From an uncultured Solirubrobacterales bacterium (GTDB lineage: Bacteria; Actinomycetota; Thermoleophilia; Solirubrobacterales; Solirubrobacteraceae): a stretch of 64,000 nt of DNA. Position 1 is the first letter of the stretch. Each line of letters opens with the position of its first letter. Where the stretch lies: positions 375,143 through 439,142 of the forward strand of contig CAVWQO010000002.1 of NCBI GenBank assembly GCA_963757165.1, written 5' to 3'. Below the pieces are notes generated by a model. It was not told the DNA's origin and made no database searches. It worked only from the letters and a program-made list of their open reading frames with translations. The translations under genes and the position numbers were made by a program. Shown here one piece after another: positions 36,080-47,835 of this stretch.

Positions 36080-37777
36080 ATGCTGCATGAGCTGCGCGTG
36101 GAGAATCTGCTGCTGATGGAGCGGGCCGAACTGCGGATGGCGCCCGGCCTGAACGTGGTCACGGGGGAGACGGGCGCGGGCAAGACCCTGCTCGCCCATG
36201 CCCTCGACCTCCTGCTGGGCGGCAAGGCGCGGCACGGGATCGTCCGTGAGGGCGCGGCCGAGGCCTACGTCGAGGGAGTGTTTGCCATGCCCCGGGAGAT
36301 CGATCCCGAGCTGAGCGAACGTCTCCCGGACGGTGCCGAGGAGATCGTGCTGGCCCGCCGGGTGTGGCCAGACGGGCGCACCAGAGCTTATGTCTGCGGA
36401 CGCTCGGCCACCGTCGCGGATCTGCGGGAGCTGGGCGGGCGCCTGCTCGCGTTCTACGGCCAGCACGAGCACCGCAAGCTGATGCTCGGGGCAGCGCAGC
36501 TGGAAATCCTCGACGCACACTGCGGGACGGCGCAGCTGACGATCCGCGGCCGGATCGCGGAGACCTATGAGACGGTCTGCCGGACGCAGGCGCGCGTTGA
36601 GGAGCTACGCGGCATCGCCGGCGGGCGCGACCGGGAGCTGGATCTGGTCGCGTTCGAGCTCGAGGAGATCGAGGCCGTCGCGCCCAGCGAGGAGGAGGAG
36701 AACGAGCTCACCCTCGAGCGAGAGCGTCTGCGCCATCTCGAGGCGCTGCGTCAGGCCGCGGGCGCCGGGGCTGAGGCGATCGCGCCAGAAGTGGGTAACG
36801 GAGCCGCCGAGCTCATCTCCGGGGCCGGGCAGCAGCTTGAGCAGGCCGCGGCGATCGACCCCGTTCTCGCCCCGCTGGCCGAGCGCCTGCAGGCACTGCG
36901 CTTCGAAGCCGAGGACCTGGCGGGTGAGCTGAAGGGCTACCTCGCCAGGATCGAGGCGGCTCCGGGACGACTGGAGGAAGTGGAAGAGCGGCTGGCCCTA
37001 TTCGCGCGCCTGGAGCGCAAGCATGGGGGCTCCGTCACCGATGTGCTGGCGCACGCCGAGCGCTGCCGCGTACGCCGGGACGAGCTGGCGAACGCCGACG
37101 TCGCGCTGGAGGAGGCCGAGCGCGAGCTGGCTGCCGTGCGCGCTGAGCTGGAACAGCTGGCGGCCAAGCTGACGAAGAATCGGCGCGCCGCCGCGGGCCA
37201 GCTGGCCTCGGCGGTCCGGAGCCGGCTGGCCGAGCTCGCCATGCCCGAGGCGGTGTTCGACGTCGAGGTCCGACCGCGTGCGGACGGCTGCGGACCGCGC
37301 GGGGCGGACACCGTCGAGTTCTCGATTGCCCCCAACGCCGGACTGCCGGCCGGGCCGCTGCGTGAGGTGGCTTCCGGCGGTGAGCTCTCACGCGTGATGC
37401 TGGCGCTGCTGAGTGTCGCTCACGGGGGCGCGGGCGCCGATCCAGTGCCCGGCGGACCGGAGCAGGCCCAGCCCCTGCTGGTCTTCGACGAGATCGACGC
37501 CGGCATCGGCGGTCACACCGCCCGCGCGGTCGGCGAGCACCTACGTCAGCTCGCAAACGGTCGACAGGTCCTGTGCATCACGCACCTGCCCCAGGTGGCG
37601 GCGTTGGGCGAACGCCACTTCACGATCGTCAAGGATGGATCTGCCGTCCCCGCCCGGACCACGGTCAGCCTCCTTGAAGACAACGAGCTGGTGGGTGAGC
37701 TGGTCCGGATGCTGGGCGCCGGCGACGGCGACCGCGCGGCCAGCCAACACGCCCGCCAGCTGCTGCGCGCCGCGTGA
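36080..37777 (+). CDS. recN: DNA repair protein RecN
   Basis: MLHELRVENLLLMERAEL....GLNVVTGETGAGKTLL, coiled-coil middle region, and C-terminal ASGGELSRVMLAL and LVFDEIDAGIGG. Confidence 0.95.
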   Translation: MLHELRVENLLLMERAELRMAPGLNVVTGETGAGKTLLAHALDLLLGGKARHGIVREGAAEAYVEGVFAMPREIDPELSERLPDGAEEIVLARRVWPDGRTRAYVCGRSATVADLRELGGRLLAFYGQHEHRKLMLGAAQLEILDAHCGTAQLTIRGRIAETYETVCRTQARVEELRGIAGGRDRELDLVAFELEEIEAVAPSEEEENELTLERERLRHLEALRQAAGAGAEAIAPEVGNGAAELISGAGQQLEQAAAIDPVLAPLAERLQALRFEAEDLAGELKGYLARIEAAPGRLEEVEERLALFARLERKHGGSVTDVLAHAERCRVRRDELANADVALEEAERELAAVRAELEQLAAKLTKNRRAAAGQLASAVRSRLAELAMPEAVFDVEVRPRADGCGPRGADTVEFSIAPNAGLPAGPLREVASGGELSRVMLALLSVAHGGAGADPVPGGPEQAQPLLVFDEIDAGIGGHTARAVGEHLRQLANGRQVLCITHLPQVAALGERHFTIVKDGSAVPARTTVSLLEDNELVGELVRMLGAGDGDRAASQHARQLLRAA

Positions 37778-37828
37778 GGTCAGCGGCCGCGGCGCCAGCA
37801 CGCTCGCCGGCAGTCGCGCGCCGCGTGA

Positions 37829-40781
<2,953 letters not shown>

Positions 40782-40785
<4 letters not shown>

Positions 40786-41324
40786 CTCCCGCCTTTGAAC
40801 ATCTCGACTCGGAGGTTTCGTTCCGCGGCAAGATCATCCAGGCCGGAACCGAGCGCTTGCGCCACGAAGACGGCGAGGAGGTCACGCGCGACAAGGTCTG
40901 GCACCCCGGGGCGGTGGGAATCGTGGCCGTCGACGACGAGCACGTATGGCTGACCCGCCAGCCGCGGGAGGCGGCCGGCGTGCCTGAGTCGCTTGAGGTT
41001 CCCGCCGGCAAGCTTGACGTGCCCGGCGAGCTCCCGCTGGCCACCGCCCAGCGGGAGCTGGCCGAGGAGATTGGCAAGCATGCCCGCTCGTGGAAGGAGC
41101 TGTTCTGCTTCTACACCAGCCCGGGGTTCACCGACGAGCGTGTCTGGCTGTACCTGGCCACCGAGTTGTCGGACAGCGCCGAGACGGCGGAGGCCGAGGA
41201 GAACGAGCGGATCGAGATCGTCCCGTGGCCGCTGACCCGCCTGGACCAGGCGATTGCCGAGTGTGCCGACTCCAAGTCGCTGATCGGCCTGCTCTGGCTG
41301 GCCTACAGGCGCGCCGCGGGCTGA
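40782..41324 (+). CDS. NUDIX hydrolase (ADP-ribose pyrophosphatase-like)
   Basis: ATGA overlap with the M20 gene. Nudix box PAGKLDVPGELPLATAQRELAEEIG. The position after pyrG is as in mycobacterial pyrG-NUDIX-xerD. Confidence 0.85.
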
Positions 41325-41349
41325 ACGCGCGTCGCGCCGACTGAGCCGG

Positions 41350-41444
41350 GCGCCGCGGGTCGACGCCCGCGGCGCAAGTCGACGCCTGCGCCGCGAGTCA
41401 ACACCTGCGCCGCGGGTCGATGCCCGCGGCGCAGGGTCGCCACC
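41350..41444. repeat. ~19-bp tandem units forming two identical perfect 10-bp GC hairpins (convergent-gene spacer)
   Basis: Five units of the form GCGCCGCGGGTCGACGCC, in alternating orientation. Hairpin 1 is GCGCCGCGGG-TCGACG-CCCGCGGCGC at 41350-41375. Hairpin 2 is GCGCCGCGGG-TCGATG-CCCGCGGCGC at 41407-41432. The motif also occurs in the last codons of the NUDIX gene (41310-41319). Confidence 0.85.
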
Positions 41445-41445
41445 A

Positions 41446-42183
41446 CTAGGTCGTCGTACTCGAGGTCGTGCTGGTGGTCGTGGTCGTGTTGTTGTCTGCG
41501 AGCTTGCAGAACAGGTCGCCAAGCGCGCCACCGCCGCGTGTTGCGGTCACAGTCAGGTGCACGCGGTTGAGGTCGACGACGAGCCCCAGGAGTTGGAGGT
41601 TCAACGGGCCGACCACCAGGTCGAGCACGGGGCAGGTCGTGTTCGCGGCTGTCGTGCTGGCAACCGCCGGGTTCAGATATGCCGTGAAGCGCAGCGCGTG
41701 GCCGCGGTTGTGGCTGATGCCATGGTTCAGGGCCCGGGCCGCCGAGGCGCGGGCGGCAGACGCGATCTTGGCGCGTGCGAGCTTGCAGAACAGCGACCCG
41801 AGCACCCCGCCTGAGGGGTTCCCGGTGACGTCGAGCTGCACCTTGTCCAAATGGGCATGCAGACCGAGCAGATCAAGCGAGAGCTCATTGAGAAACAGGT
41901 GCAAGACCCGACAGTTGCCGCCGGCCGCGGCGGTCAGGGCGACGCGGCTGCTGACGGTCTTGACGTGGCCGGCGTTGTCGGTCAGCCGGGCTGTGACCAG
42001 TCCGGTCGCTGTCAGCGAGCGGCCGGAGGCGGCGAAGCGAAGCACCTCGACCCCGACGCTGAGACGGCTGGCGCGCGTGGTGGGCTGGGCGGCAGGTGCC
42101 GCCACGGAGGCGAGCGTGAGCGCTGCAACCACGGCCACGATGGCCAGCAAAGGCAGCATTAAGCGGAAACGGCGGGCATGCAT
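41446..42183 (-). CDS. secreted hypothetical protein with an internal duplication and a poly-Thr/Ser tail
   Basis: ORF 41446..42429 is trimmed to the ATG at 42183 (MHARRFRLMLPLLAIVAVVAALTLASVAAPAAQ signal peptide). It has two ~95-aa repeats, each ending C.VL.L....L.L.LLGL...L..V.L.VT....GG.LG.LFCKLA. C-terminus NNTTTTTSTTSSTTT. Confidence 0.7.
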   Translation of the reverse strand: MHARRFRLMLPLLAIVAVVAALTLASVAAPAAQPTTRASRLSVGVEVLRFAASGRSLTATGLVTARLTDNAGHVKTVSSRVALTAAAGGNCRVLHLFLNELSLDLLGLHAHLDKVQLDVTGNPSGGVLGSLFCKLARAKIASAARASAARALNHGISHNRGHALRFTAYLNPAVASTTAANTTCPVLDLVVGPLNLQLLGLVVDLNRVHLTVTATRGGGALGDLFCKLADNNTTTTTSTTSSTTT

Positions 42184-42288
42184 AGGGACTCCTTCAGATC
42201 GAACCCAGTCTCGGTGAGTCCGCAACTCCCCTGTCACGCCGATCTCCAAACTAAAGGAGCGCTGGCCGGCGGCCGCGAATAACAGCTC

Positions 42289-43242
42289 ATGGCCACCACC
42301 GAGGCGCCCGCGCCCGCCCGCCGCCTGACCGAGCTGACCCTCGACTTCATCGCGTATCTGGAGCTTGAGCGCGGGCTGTCCCGCAACACGCTCGAGGCGT
42401 ACAGATCCGACCTGCAGCAGTACGGTCAATTTCTGCAGCAGCGGGAGCTAGACCCTCTCGCCGTGCGAGCGGTCGACCTCGCCGCGTTCGTGTCAGAGCT
42501 GGCGGCAGGCCGGGAGGGCAAGCCAGCACTGGCACCGGCGACACTGCAACGCAAAATCGCCTGCCTACGCTCCTTCTACCGCCACCTGCGCCGGGATGGG
42601 ATCTTGGACGGCGACCCGACGACCGAACTGCGACCGCCGAAGTCCAGCGCCCGGCTGCCGAAGGTGCTCAGTCGCGACGAGGTGAGCAGATTGCTCGCCC
42701 AGCCGCAGGGGCAAGGTGTCGCGGCGCTCCGCGATCGTGCCCTCCTGGAAACGATGTACGCCTGCGGGCTACGCGCCTCGGAAGCGATTGAGCTGACGCT
42801 GGCCAACCTCGACCTCGACGCCGGGGTCCTCCGCACGCGCGGCAAGGGTTCCAAGGAGCGAATTGTGCCGATCGGCAGCCAGGCCGTCAGCACTCTGCGC
42901 GCCTACATCACCCGGGCTCGGGCGCGCCTCGTGGGCCTGAGCGACGAGCCGCGGGTGTTTGTCAACCTCCGCGGCGGCGCGCTCTCACGGCAGGGGCTCT
43001 ACAAGATCGTTCAGGGTCATGCCCGCAGCGCCGGACTAGAGCACCGGATGAGCCCGCACACGCTCCGTCATACGTTCGCCACGCACCTGCTTGCGGGGGG
43101 CTGTGACCTGCGCTCACTTCAGGAGATGCTCGGGCACGCGGACATCGGCACCACGCAGATCTACACGCACCTGTCTGCCGATCGGCTTCGGGACGTGTAC
43201 TTCGACGCCCACCCGCGCGCGCAGATCGAACGCGGAACGTAA
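42289..43242 (+). CDS. xerD: tyrosine recombinase XerD
   Basis: FIAYLELERGLSRNTLEAYRSDL, RDRALLETMYACGLRASEA, and SPHTLRHTFATHLLAGGCDLRSLQEMLGHADIGTTQIYTH. Confidence 0.9.
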   Translation: MATTEAPAPARRLTELTLDFIAYLELERGLSRNTLEAYRSDLQQYGQFLQQRELDPLAVRAVDLAAFVSELAAGREGKPALAPATLQRKIACLRSFYRHLRRDGILDGDPTTELRPPKSSARLPKVLSRDEVSRLLAQPQGQGVAALRDRALLETMYACGLRASEAIELTLANLDLDAGVLRTRGKGSKERIVPIGSQAVSTLRAYITRARARLVGLSDEPRVFVNLRGGALSRQGLYKIVQGHARSAGLEHRMSPHTLRHTFATHLLAGGCDLRSLQEMLGHADIGTTQIYTHLSADRLRDVYFDAHPRAQIERGT

Positions 43243-43253
43243 AGTCCCCGAGG

Positions 43254-44195
43254 ATGGGGATCACCCACCTCGATCAGGCCAAGTCGCGCGAATGGGACCT
43301 CGGGCATCTGCGCTCGCGCTGGACGTTCCTCGGCGAGGCCGCCAAAAGTGTCAATGTCGGCCTGCGACGGATCGAGATTGCTCCCGGCGCGTGGTCGACA
43401 CCTGCCCACGAGCATGGCCGTGAGGAGGAGATCTTCTACGTGCGCGCCGGTCACGGGCTGTCATGGCAGAGCGGCAAGACGGCGCCGGTGGCCGCGGGTG
43501 ACTGCATCGTTTACCTCGCAGGGCGTGGAGCCCACAGCCTGCGCGCCGGCGACGAAGGACTTGACGTCCTCGCCTTTGGCCCGCGCGAGGCGGCCGAGGT
43601 GATCGGGCTCCCGCGGGTGCAGCTCTCGCTCCTCGGCAGTCGTGCGCTGGCCTCCGAACCGGGGCTGATCGACGGAGTCCCGGTCCAATTCATCCGCGAG
43701 GCCGAGCTGGGCCCGCCGGAGCTTCCACCCCAACCGGGCGCACGGCCTCGGACAATCGTCAACCTGGACGACGTGCCACCGGACCCACTGGCCCGCCCGC
43801 GGGTCCAGCGCATCCGCCGGAACCTCGGCCGCGCCGTGGGCTCCGCGGACACCGGCCTGCAGCACGTCGAGGTCGCTCCGGGCAAGTATTCGACCGCCCA
43901 GCACTGCCACTCGCTTGAGGAAGAGCTGTTCGTGATCCTCGCCGGGGACGGTGTCCTCGTGCTGGGCGAGAACGATGAGACCCCGGTGCAGGCCGGCAGC
44001 GTGGTCTCCCGGCCGGCCGGAACCGGCGTGGCCCACGTATTTCGCGCCGGGACGACGGGCATGACCTACCTCGCCTACGGCACCAGGGAGTCCGGGGACG
44101 TGTGCTACTACCCCCGCTCGAACAAGGTGGCCTTTCGGGGTGTGAATCTGATCGGACGTCTGGAGGCGCTCGACTACTGGGACGGGGAGGACTAG
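43254..44195 (+). CDS. bicupin (two cupin_2 domains) protein
   Basis: Two repeats of the cupin pattern: VGLRRIEIAPGAWSTPAHEHGREEEIFYV..G, and TGLQHVEVAPGKYSTAQHCHSLEEELFVIL.G. Confidence 0.7.
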   Translation: MGITHLDQAKSREWDLGHLRSRWTFLGEAAKSVNVGLRRIEIAPGAWSTPAHEHGREEEIFYVRAGHGLSWQSGKTAPVAAGDCIVYLAGRGAHSLRAGDEGLDVLAFGPREAAEVIGLPRVQLSLLGSRALASEPGLIDGVPVQFIREAELGPPELPPQPGARPRTIVNLDDVPPDPLARPRVQRIRRNLGRAVGSADTGLQHVEVAPGKYSTAQHCHSLEEELFVILAGDGVLVLGENDETPVQAGSVVSRPAGTGVAHVFRAGTTGMTYLAYGTRESGDVCYYPRSNKVAFRGVNLIGRLEALDYWDGED

Positions 44196-44202
44196 CTTTC
44201 CC

Positions 44203-44778
44203 GTGCGCCGCGCAGCGCTGACCGTGTCGTGCTCGCTCGCCGTGCTCTTCGCCCTGGCTGGATGCGGCAACTCACGCACGCCGGTCCCGAGTCTGACCGC
44301 GCCGGTTTCCCCGGGAGCCCCGCAGGCGCTCAGCTTCCCGGCCTACGGGATCCAGCTCAAGGCCCCGCGTAACTGGCAGAACAGCTCCGCGCGCCCGCCA
44401 CTGGTCACGACGATCAGCCTGTCCAGCGCAGTGGCCGCGCTGTGGAGCTATCCACGGAGCACGTCGGCGCCCTCAGGGGCACCGGCACTGGCTGCCGCCC
44501 AGGCCAGGCTGATCGCCGCCGCCCAGCACAAGGATCCCTCGTTTCGCCTGATCAGGGCCAACGTGTCACTCGTCGATGGCTACCCGGCGATCGAGCTCGA
44601 CGCCTTCGAGCGGATCAACGGAAGTCCGCGGCGGGTCCGCTCCACGCACGTGTTCACCGGCAGCTCGGAGGTCGTGCTCGACGAGTACGCGCCGGCAGCG
44701 TTGTTCCATGCGGTCGACCACGCCGTCTTTTCGCCGCTCAAGCGCTCGCTGCGACTCTCCCCGGCAGTCACCGGGTGA
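44203..44778 (+). CDS. hypothetical lipoprotein
   Basis: GTG start. Signal peptide with lipobox LFALAGC. No recognisable catalytic motif. Confidence 0.6.
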   Translation: MRRAALTVSCSLAVLFALAGCGNSRTPVPSLTAPVSPGAPQALSFPAYGIQLKAPRNWQNSSARPPLVTTISLSSAVAALWSYPRSTSAPSGAPALAAAQARLIAAAQHKDPSFRLIRANVSLVDGYPAIELDAFERINGSPRRVRSTHVFTGSSEVVLDEYAPAALFHAVDHAVFSPLKRSLRLSPAVTG

Positions 44779-45950
44779 GACGCGCCTTCGTCGTCGTCCT
44801 GGACGCCTGCGGCGTCGGCGCCCTTCCCGATGCCGAGGCCTACGGCGATTCTGGGTCCAACACACTCGGGCACCTGAGCCAAGCGGCCGGAGGCCTCAGG
44901 CTGCCCACCCTGGAGGGGCTCGGCCTGGGATCGATTCTCACCCTCCAGGGCGTCCCCCCTGCGCCCGCGCCCGTATTCCACGGCCGCCTGCACGCCCTTG
45001 GCCCAGGCAAGGATTCAACAGCCGGGCACTGGGAGCTGATGGGGGTGGTCTCGTCGCGGCCGATGCCCACGTATCCGGGCGGCTTTCCGGAGCCGGTGAT
45101 CGACCTCGTGCGTGCTGCTGCAGAACGGGACGTGGTCTGCAACCGTCCGTATAACGGCCTTGAGGCGATCGCCGACTTCGGCACCGAGCACCTCAACAGC
45201 GGGGCACTGATCGTCTACACGAGCCAGGACTCAGTGCTTCAGATCGCCGCTCATGAGCAGGTCATCCCGGTGGCTGAGCTGTATGAGATCTGTCGCCGTG
45301 TGCGCACCGGCCTGTCCGAGGAGCATGCCGTCGGGCGCGTTATCGCGCGGCCGTTCCGGGGCGCGCCCGGAAGCTTTCTGCGCACCGATGGGCGTCGGGA
45401 CTATTCGCTGCCGCCCCCGACCCGCAGCTACCTGCAGGAGCTTCAGGCTGCGCAGGTTCCCGTGCACACGGTTGGCAAAGTGGGACAGCTGTTCGACGGG
45501 ATCGGCATCGACGAACAGCACCCGGGGGCGACCAACGAGCGGGCCTTGGAACAGACCACGGCATTGATCGCGGAGCTCTCGCACGGCTTCGTATTCACGA
45601 ACCTGGTCGACACCGATCAGGTCTACGGCCATCGCCACGATGTCGCCGGGTTTCATCGCGCGCTCGCGCAGATCGACAGCCAGGTAGGGAAGTGGCTGGA
45701 CCTCCTGGGAACCGAGGATCTGCTGGTGCTGACCGCCGACCACGGCTGCGATCCCACCGGCCCTCACACCGACCACACCCGCGAGCACGTTCCGCTGCTG
45801 GCCTGCTTCGACGGACACGGCTCCCGCTATCACGATGGCCCGATGGCTGACGTCGGAGCGAGCGCGCTGATGTGGCTGACCGGGCGGCAGACCGGGTCGT
45901 TGCCCGGGACGTCGTTTGTGGGGCAGAAATCGGAGCCGTCCCGTGCCTGA
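44775..45950 (+). CDS. deoB: phosphopentomutase
   Basis: ORF 44442 is trimmed to the GTG at 44775 (GTGA overlap). VVVLDACGVGALPDAEAYGDSGSNTLGH, NLVD.D..YGHR.D, and TADHGCDPT. Confidence 0.9.
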   Translation: MRRAFVVVLDACGVGALPDAEAYGDSGSNTLGHLSQAAGGLRLPTLEGLGLGSILTLQGVPPAPAPVFHGRLHALGPGKDSTAGHWELMGVVSSRPMPTYPGGFPEPVIDLVRAAAERDVVCNRPYNGLEAIADFGTEHLNSGALIVYTSQDSVLQIAAHEQVIPVAELYEICRRVRTGLSEEHAVGRVIARPFRGAPGSFLRTDGRRDYSLPPPTRSYLQELQAAQVPVHTVGKVGQLFDGIGIDEQHPGATNERALEQTTALIAELSHGFVFTNLVDTDQVYGHRHDVAGFHRALAQIDSQVGKWLDLLGTEDLLVLTADHGCDPTGPHTDHTREHVPLLACFDGHGSRYHDGPMADVGASALMWLTGRQTGSLPGTSFVGQKSEPSRA

Positions 45951-46809
45951 GCTGCCTGAGGTCGAGACGATCCGCCGCCAGCTCGCGCCCCATCTGGAGG
46001 GGCGAACCATCAAGTTGGCGGAGATTCTCGACGCGCGCTGGACGCGCCCCGACCCCCCGGAGCCAGTGCAGGCGGCGCTGGCCGGAGCGCGAATCGAGCG
46101 CGTGGCCCGGGCGGGCAAGTATCTGATCTGGGAGCTCTCCGAGGATCGTCACCTGCTGATCCATCTACGGATGACCGGCTCGCTGCTGTTCGATCCGCGG
46201 GTTGATCCACCGCACACCCGGGTTCGCTTTGAGTTCGACCTGGGGCACCACCTCGCCTACGTCGACCCGCGACGCTTCGGCACGGGCCATCTGCTGCTCG
46301 GCAGGGCTCAGCGGGATGCCTACCTGGCTGCCCGGCTCGGCCCCGAGCCGTTCACGACCGCATTCACCGGCTCATATCTGCGCCGAGCCGCTCGCGGCCG
46401 GATCGCGCCGGTGAAGGCGTTCGTGCTCGACCAGCGGCGGATCGCCGGCGTGGGGAACATCTATGCCGACGAGGCACTGTTCGGTGCCGGGATCCATCCG
46501 CTGCGCCCGGCGGGCCGGCTGACGCTCGCTCAGTGGGAGCGGCTGCGGGAGACGATCGAGCAGGCCCTGGCGGCGGGGATCGACGCCAAAGGGGCGAGCA
46601 TCGACGACTTCCGTCACGTCGACGGCGCCCGTGGCTCATTCCAGGACCGGTTTCAGATCCACCTGCGGGAGGGCAAGCCTTGCGTGCGGTGCGGCGGGCC
46701 AGTCCGCAAGATCGTCGTCGGCGGGCGCGGCACGTACGTGTGCGAGCACTGCCAGCCTAAGCCGCGCTCACGAAGACACGCGCGCGGAGCGAGGGTCGCG
46801 AGCGGCTAA
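45943..46809 (+). CDS. mutM: formamidopyrimidine-DNA glycosylase
   Basis: GTG 45943 gives (M)PELPEVETIRRQL. H2TH region GNIYADEALF, and a C-terminal zinc finger CVRCGGPVRKIVVGGRGTYVCEHCQ. Confidence 0.92.
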   Translation: MPELPEVETIRRQLAPHLEGRTIKLAEILDARWTRPDPPEPVQAALAGARIERVARAGKYLIWELSEDRHLLIHLRMTGSLLFDPRVDPPHTRVRFEFDLGHHLAYVDPRRFGTGHLLLGRAQRDAYLAARLGPEPFTTAFTGSYLRRAARGRIAPVKAFVLDQRRIAGVGNIYADEALFGAGIHPLRPAGRLTLAQWERLRETIEQALAAGIDAKGASIDDFRHVDGARGSFQDRFQIHLREGKPCVRCGGPVRKIVVGGRGTYVCEHCQPKPRSRRHARGARVASG

Positions 46810-47060
46810 GCCGCGCGCAGGCCGTGCAAGCGGCCGCTGCGATCGGCGGCGACCAGCTCCTCAAGCCCGCCCAAGGTCTCGCCCTCGATCATGATCTGGG
46901 GGAAGGTGACCATTCCGGTCTGACGTGAGAGCTCGGCACGGCCGTCCGGGTCCTTTGCCAGATTGATTTCCTGGTAGCCGATTCCGCGCTTGGCGAGCAG
47001 CGCCTTTGCCGTCACGCAGCGTGAACAGGCGTCGGTCGTATAAACGGTTACGGCACTCAT
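46806..47060 (-). CDS. glutaredoxin-family protein
   Basis: Trimmed to the ATG at 47060: VTVYTTDACSRCVTAKALL..RGI.Y.EI.L........L....G..TFPQI.I.G..LGG (CxxC plus TFPQ plus GG motifs). Its stop overlaps the mutM stop in convergent orientation. Confidence 0.8.
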   Translation of the reverse strand: MSAVTVYTTDACSRCVTAKALLAKRGIGYQEINLAKDPDGRAELSRQTGMVTFPQIMIEGETLGGLEELVAADRSGRLHGLRAA

Positions 47061-47090
47061 GACTTCACAAAGGATAGCCCGAAGGTACCC

Positions 47091-47816
47091 ATGCCTAAAC
47101 CGCTGAGGACCGAGGCGATCGTCCTGCGGTCGATCCGCTACGGGGAAGCCGACCGGATCCTGCACATATACACGCCCGAGCATGGCCGGCTGAGCGCCAT
47201 CGCCAAGGGGGTGCGTCGTTCACGCAGCCGGTTCGGGGCGCGGTTGGAGCCGTTCTTTCACGTCCGGGCGATGCTCCACGAGGGCCGTGGCGAGTTGTTC
47301 ACCGTCTCCGGCGTAGACACCATCGCCACCCACGGCGCGCTGCGTGAGCACGCGGCCTCGCTGGATGCCGCAGCCCGCGCCTGCGACGCCGTCACGCGCC
47401 TGTTCGAGACCACCGACCCTCATCCGGGGGTGTTCCGGCTGCTGGCCAACGAGCTCGCCCTGCTGAGCGGCGACGTCGCCCACGCCCGTCCTGGGAACGG
47501 TCTCGCCTTCCGAATCAAGCTGCTGCTGGCGGTGGGGATCGTGCCTCAGCTGGCCGCCTGCGCCGCCTGTGGGGAGCCCGAGCACCTCCAGGGCTTCTCG
47601 GCCGCGGCCGGCGGCGTGGTCTGCAGCTCGTGCGAAGCGGCGGCGTTCGCCCTCGATGAGGAGGCCTACCGGTTCCTCGTCGACGCCCTGGGTAACCCGC
47701 TGGCCCGTGCCCCCGACGCCTCCAATCGGGCGCTCCGCCAAGCCGAGCGTGCCATCACCGAGACCGCGGAGCACCACGCCCACGTACGGCTGCGGCCGCT
47801 GATCCGCGGGGGGTGA
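47091..47816 (+). CDS. recO: DNA repair protein RecO
   Basis: EAIVLRSIRYGEADRILHIYTPEHGRLSAIAKGVRRSRSRFG (OB fold), and the C-terminal zinc motif CAACG...CSSC. Confidence 0.9.
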   Translation: MPKPLRTEAIVLRSIRYGEADRILHIYTPEHGRLSAIAKGVRRSRSRFGARLEPFFHVRAMLHEGRGELFTVSGVDTIATHGALREHAASLDAAARACDAVTRLFETTDPHPGVFRLLANELALLSGDVAHARPGNGLAFRIKLLLAVGIVPQLAACAACGEPEHLQGFSAAAGGVVCSSCEAAAFALDEEAYRFLVDALGNPLARAPDASNRALRQAERAITETAEHHAHVRLRPLIRGG

Positions 47817-47835
47817 CGGACCGCCTAGGCGCCGC

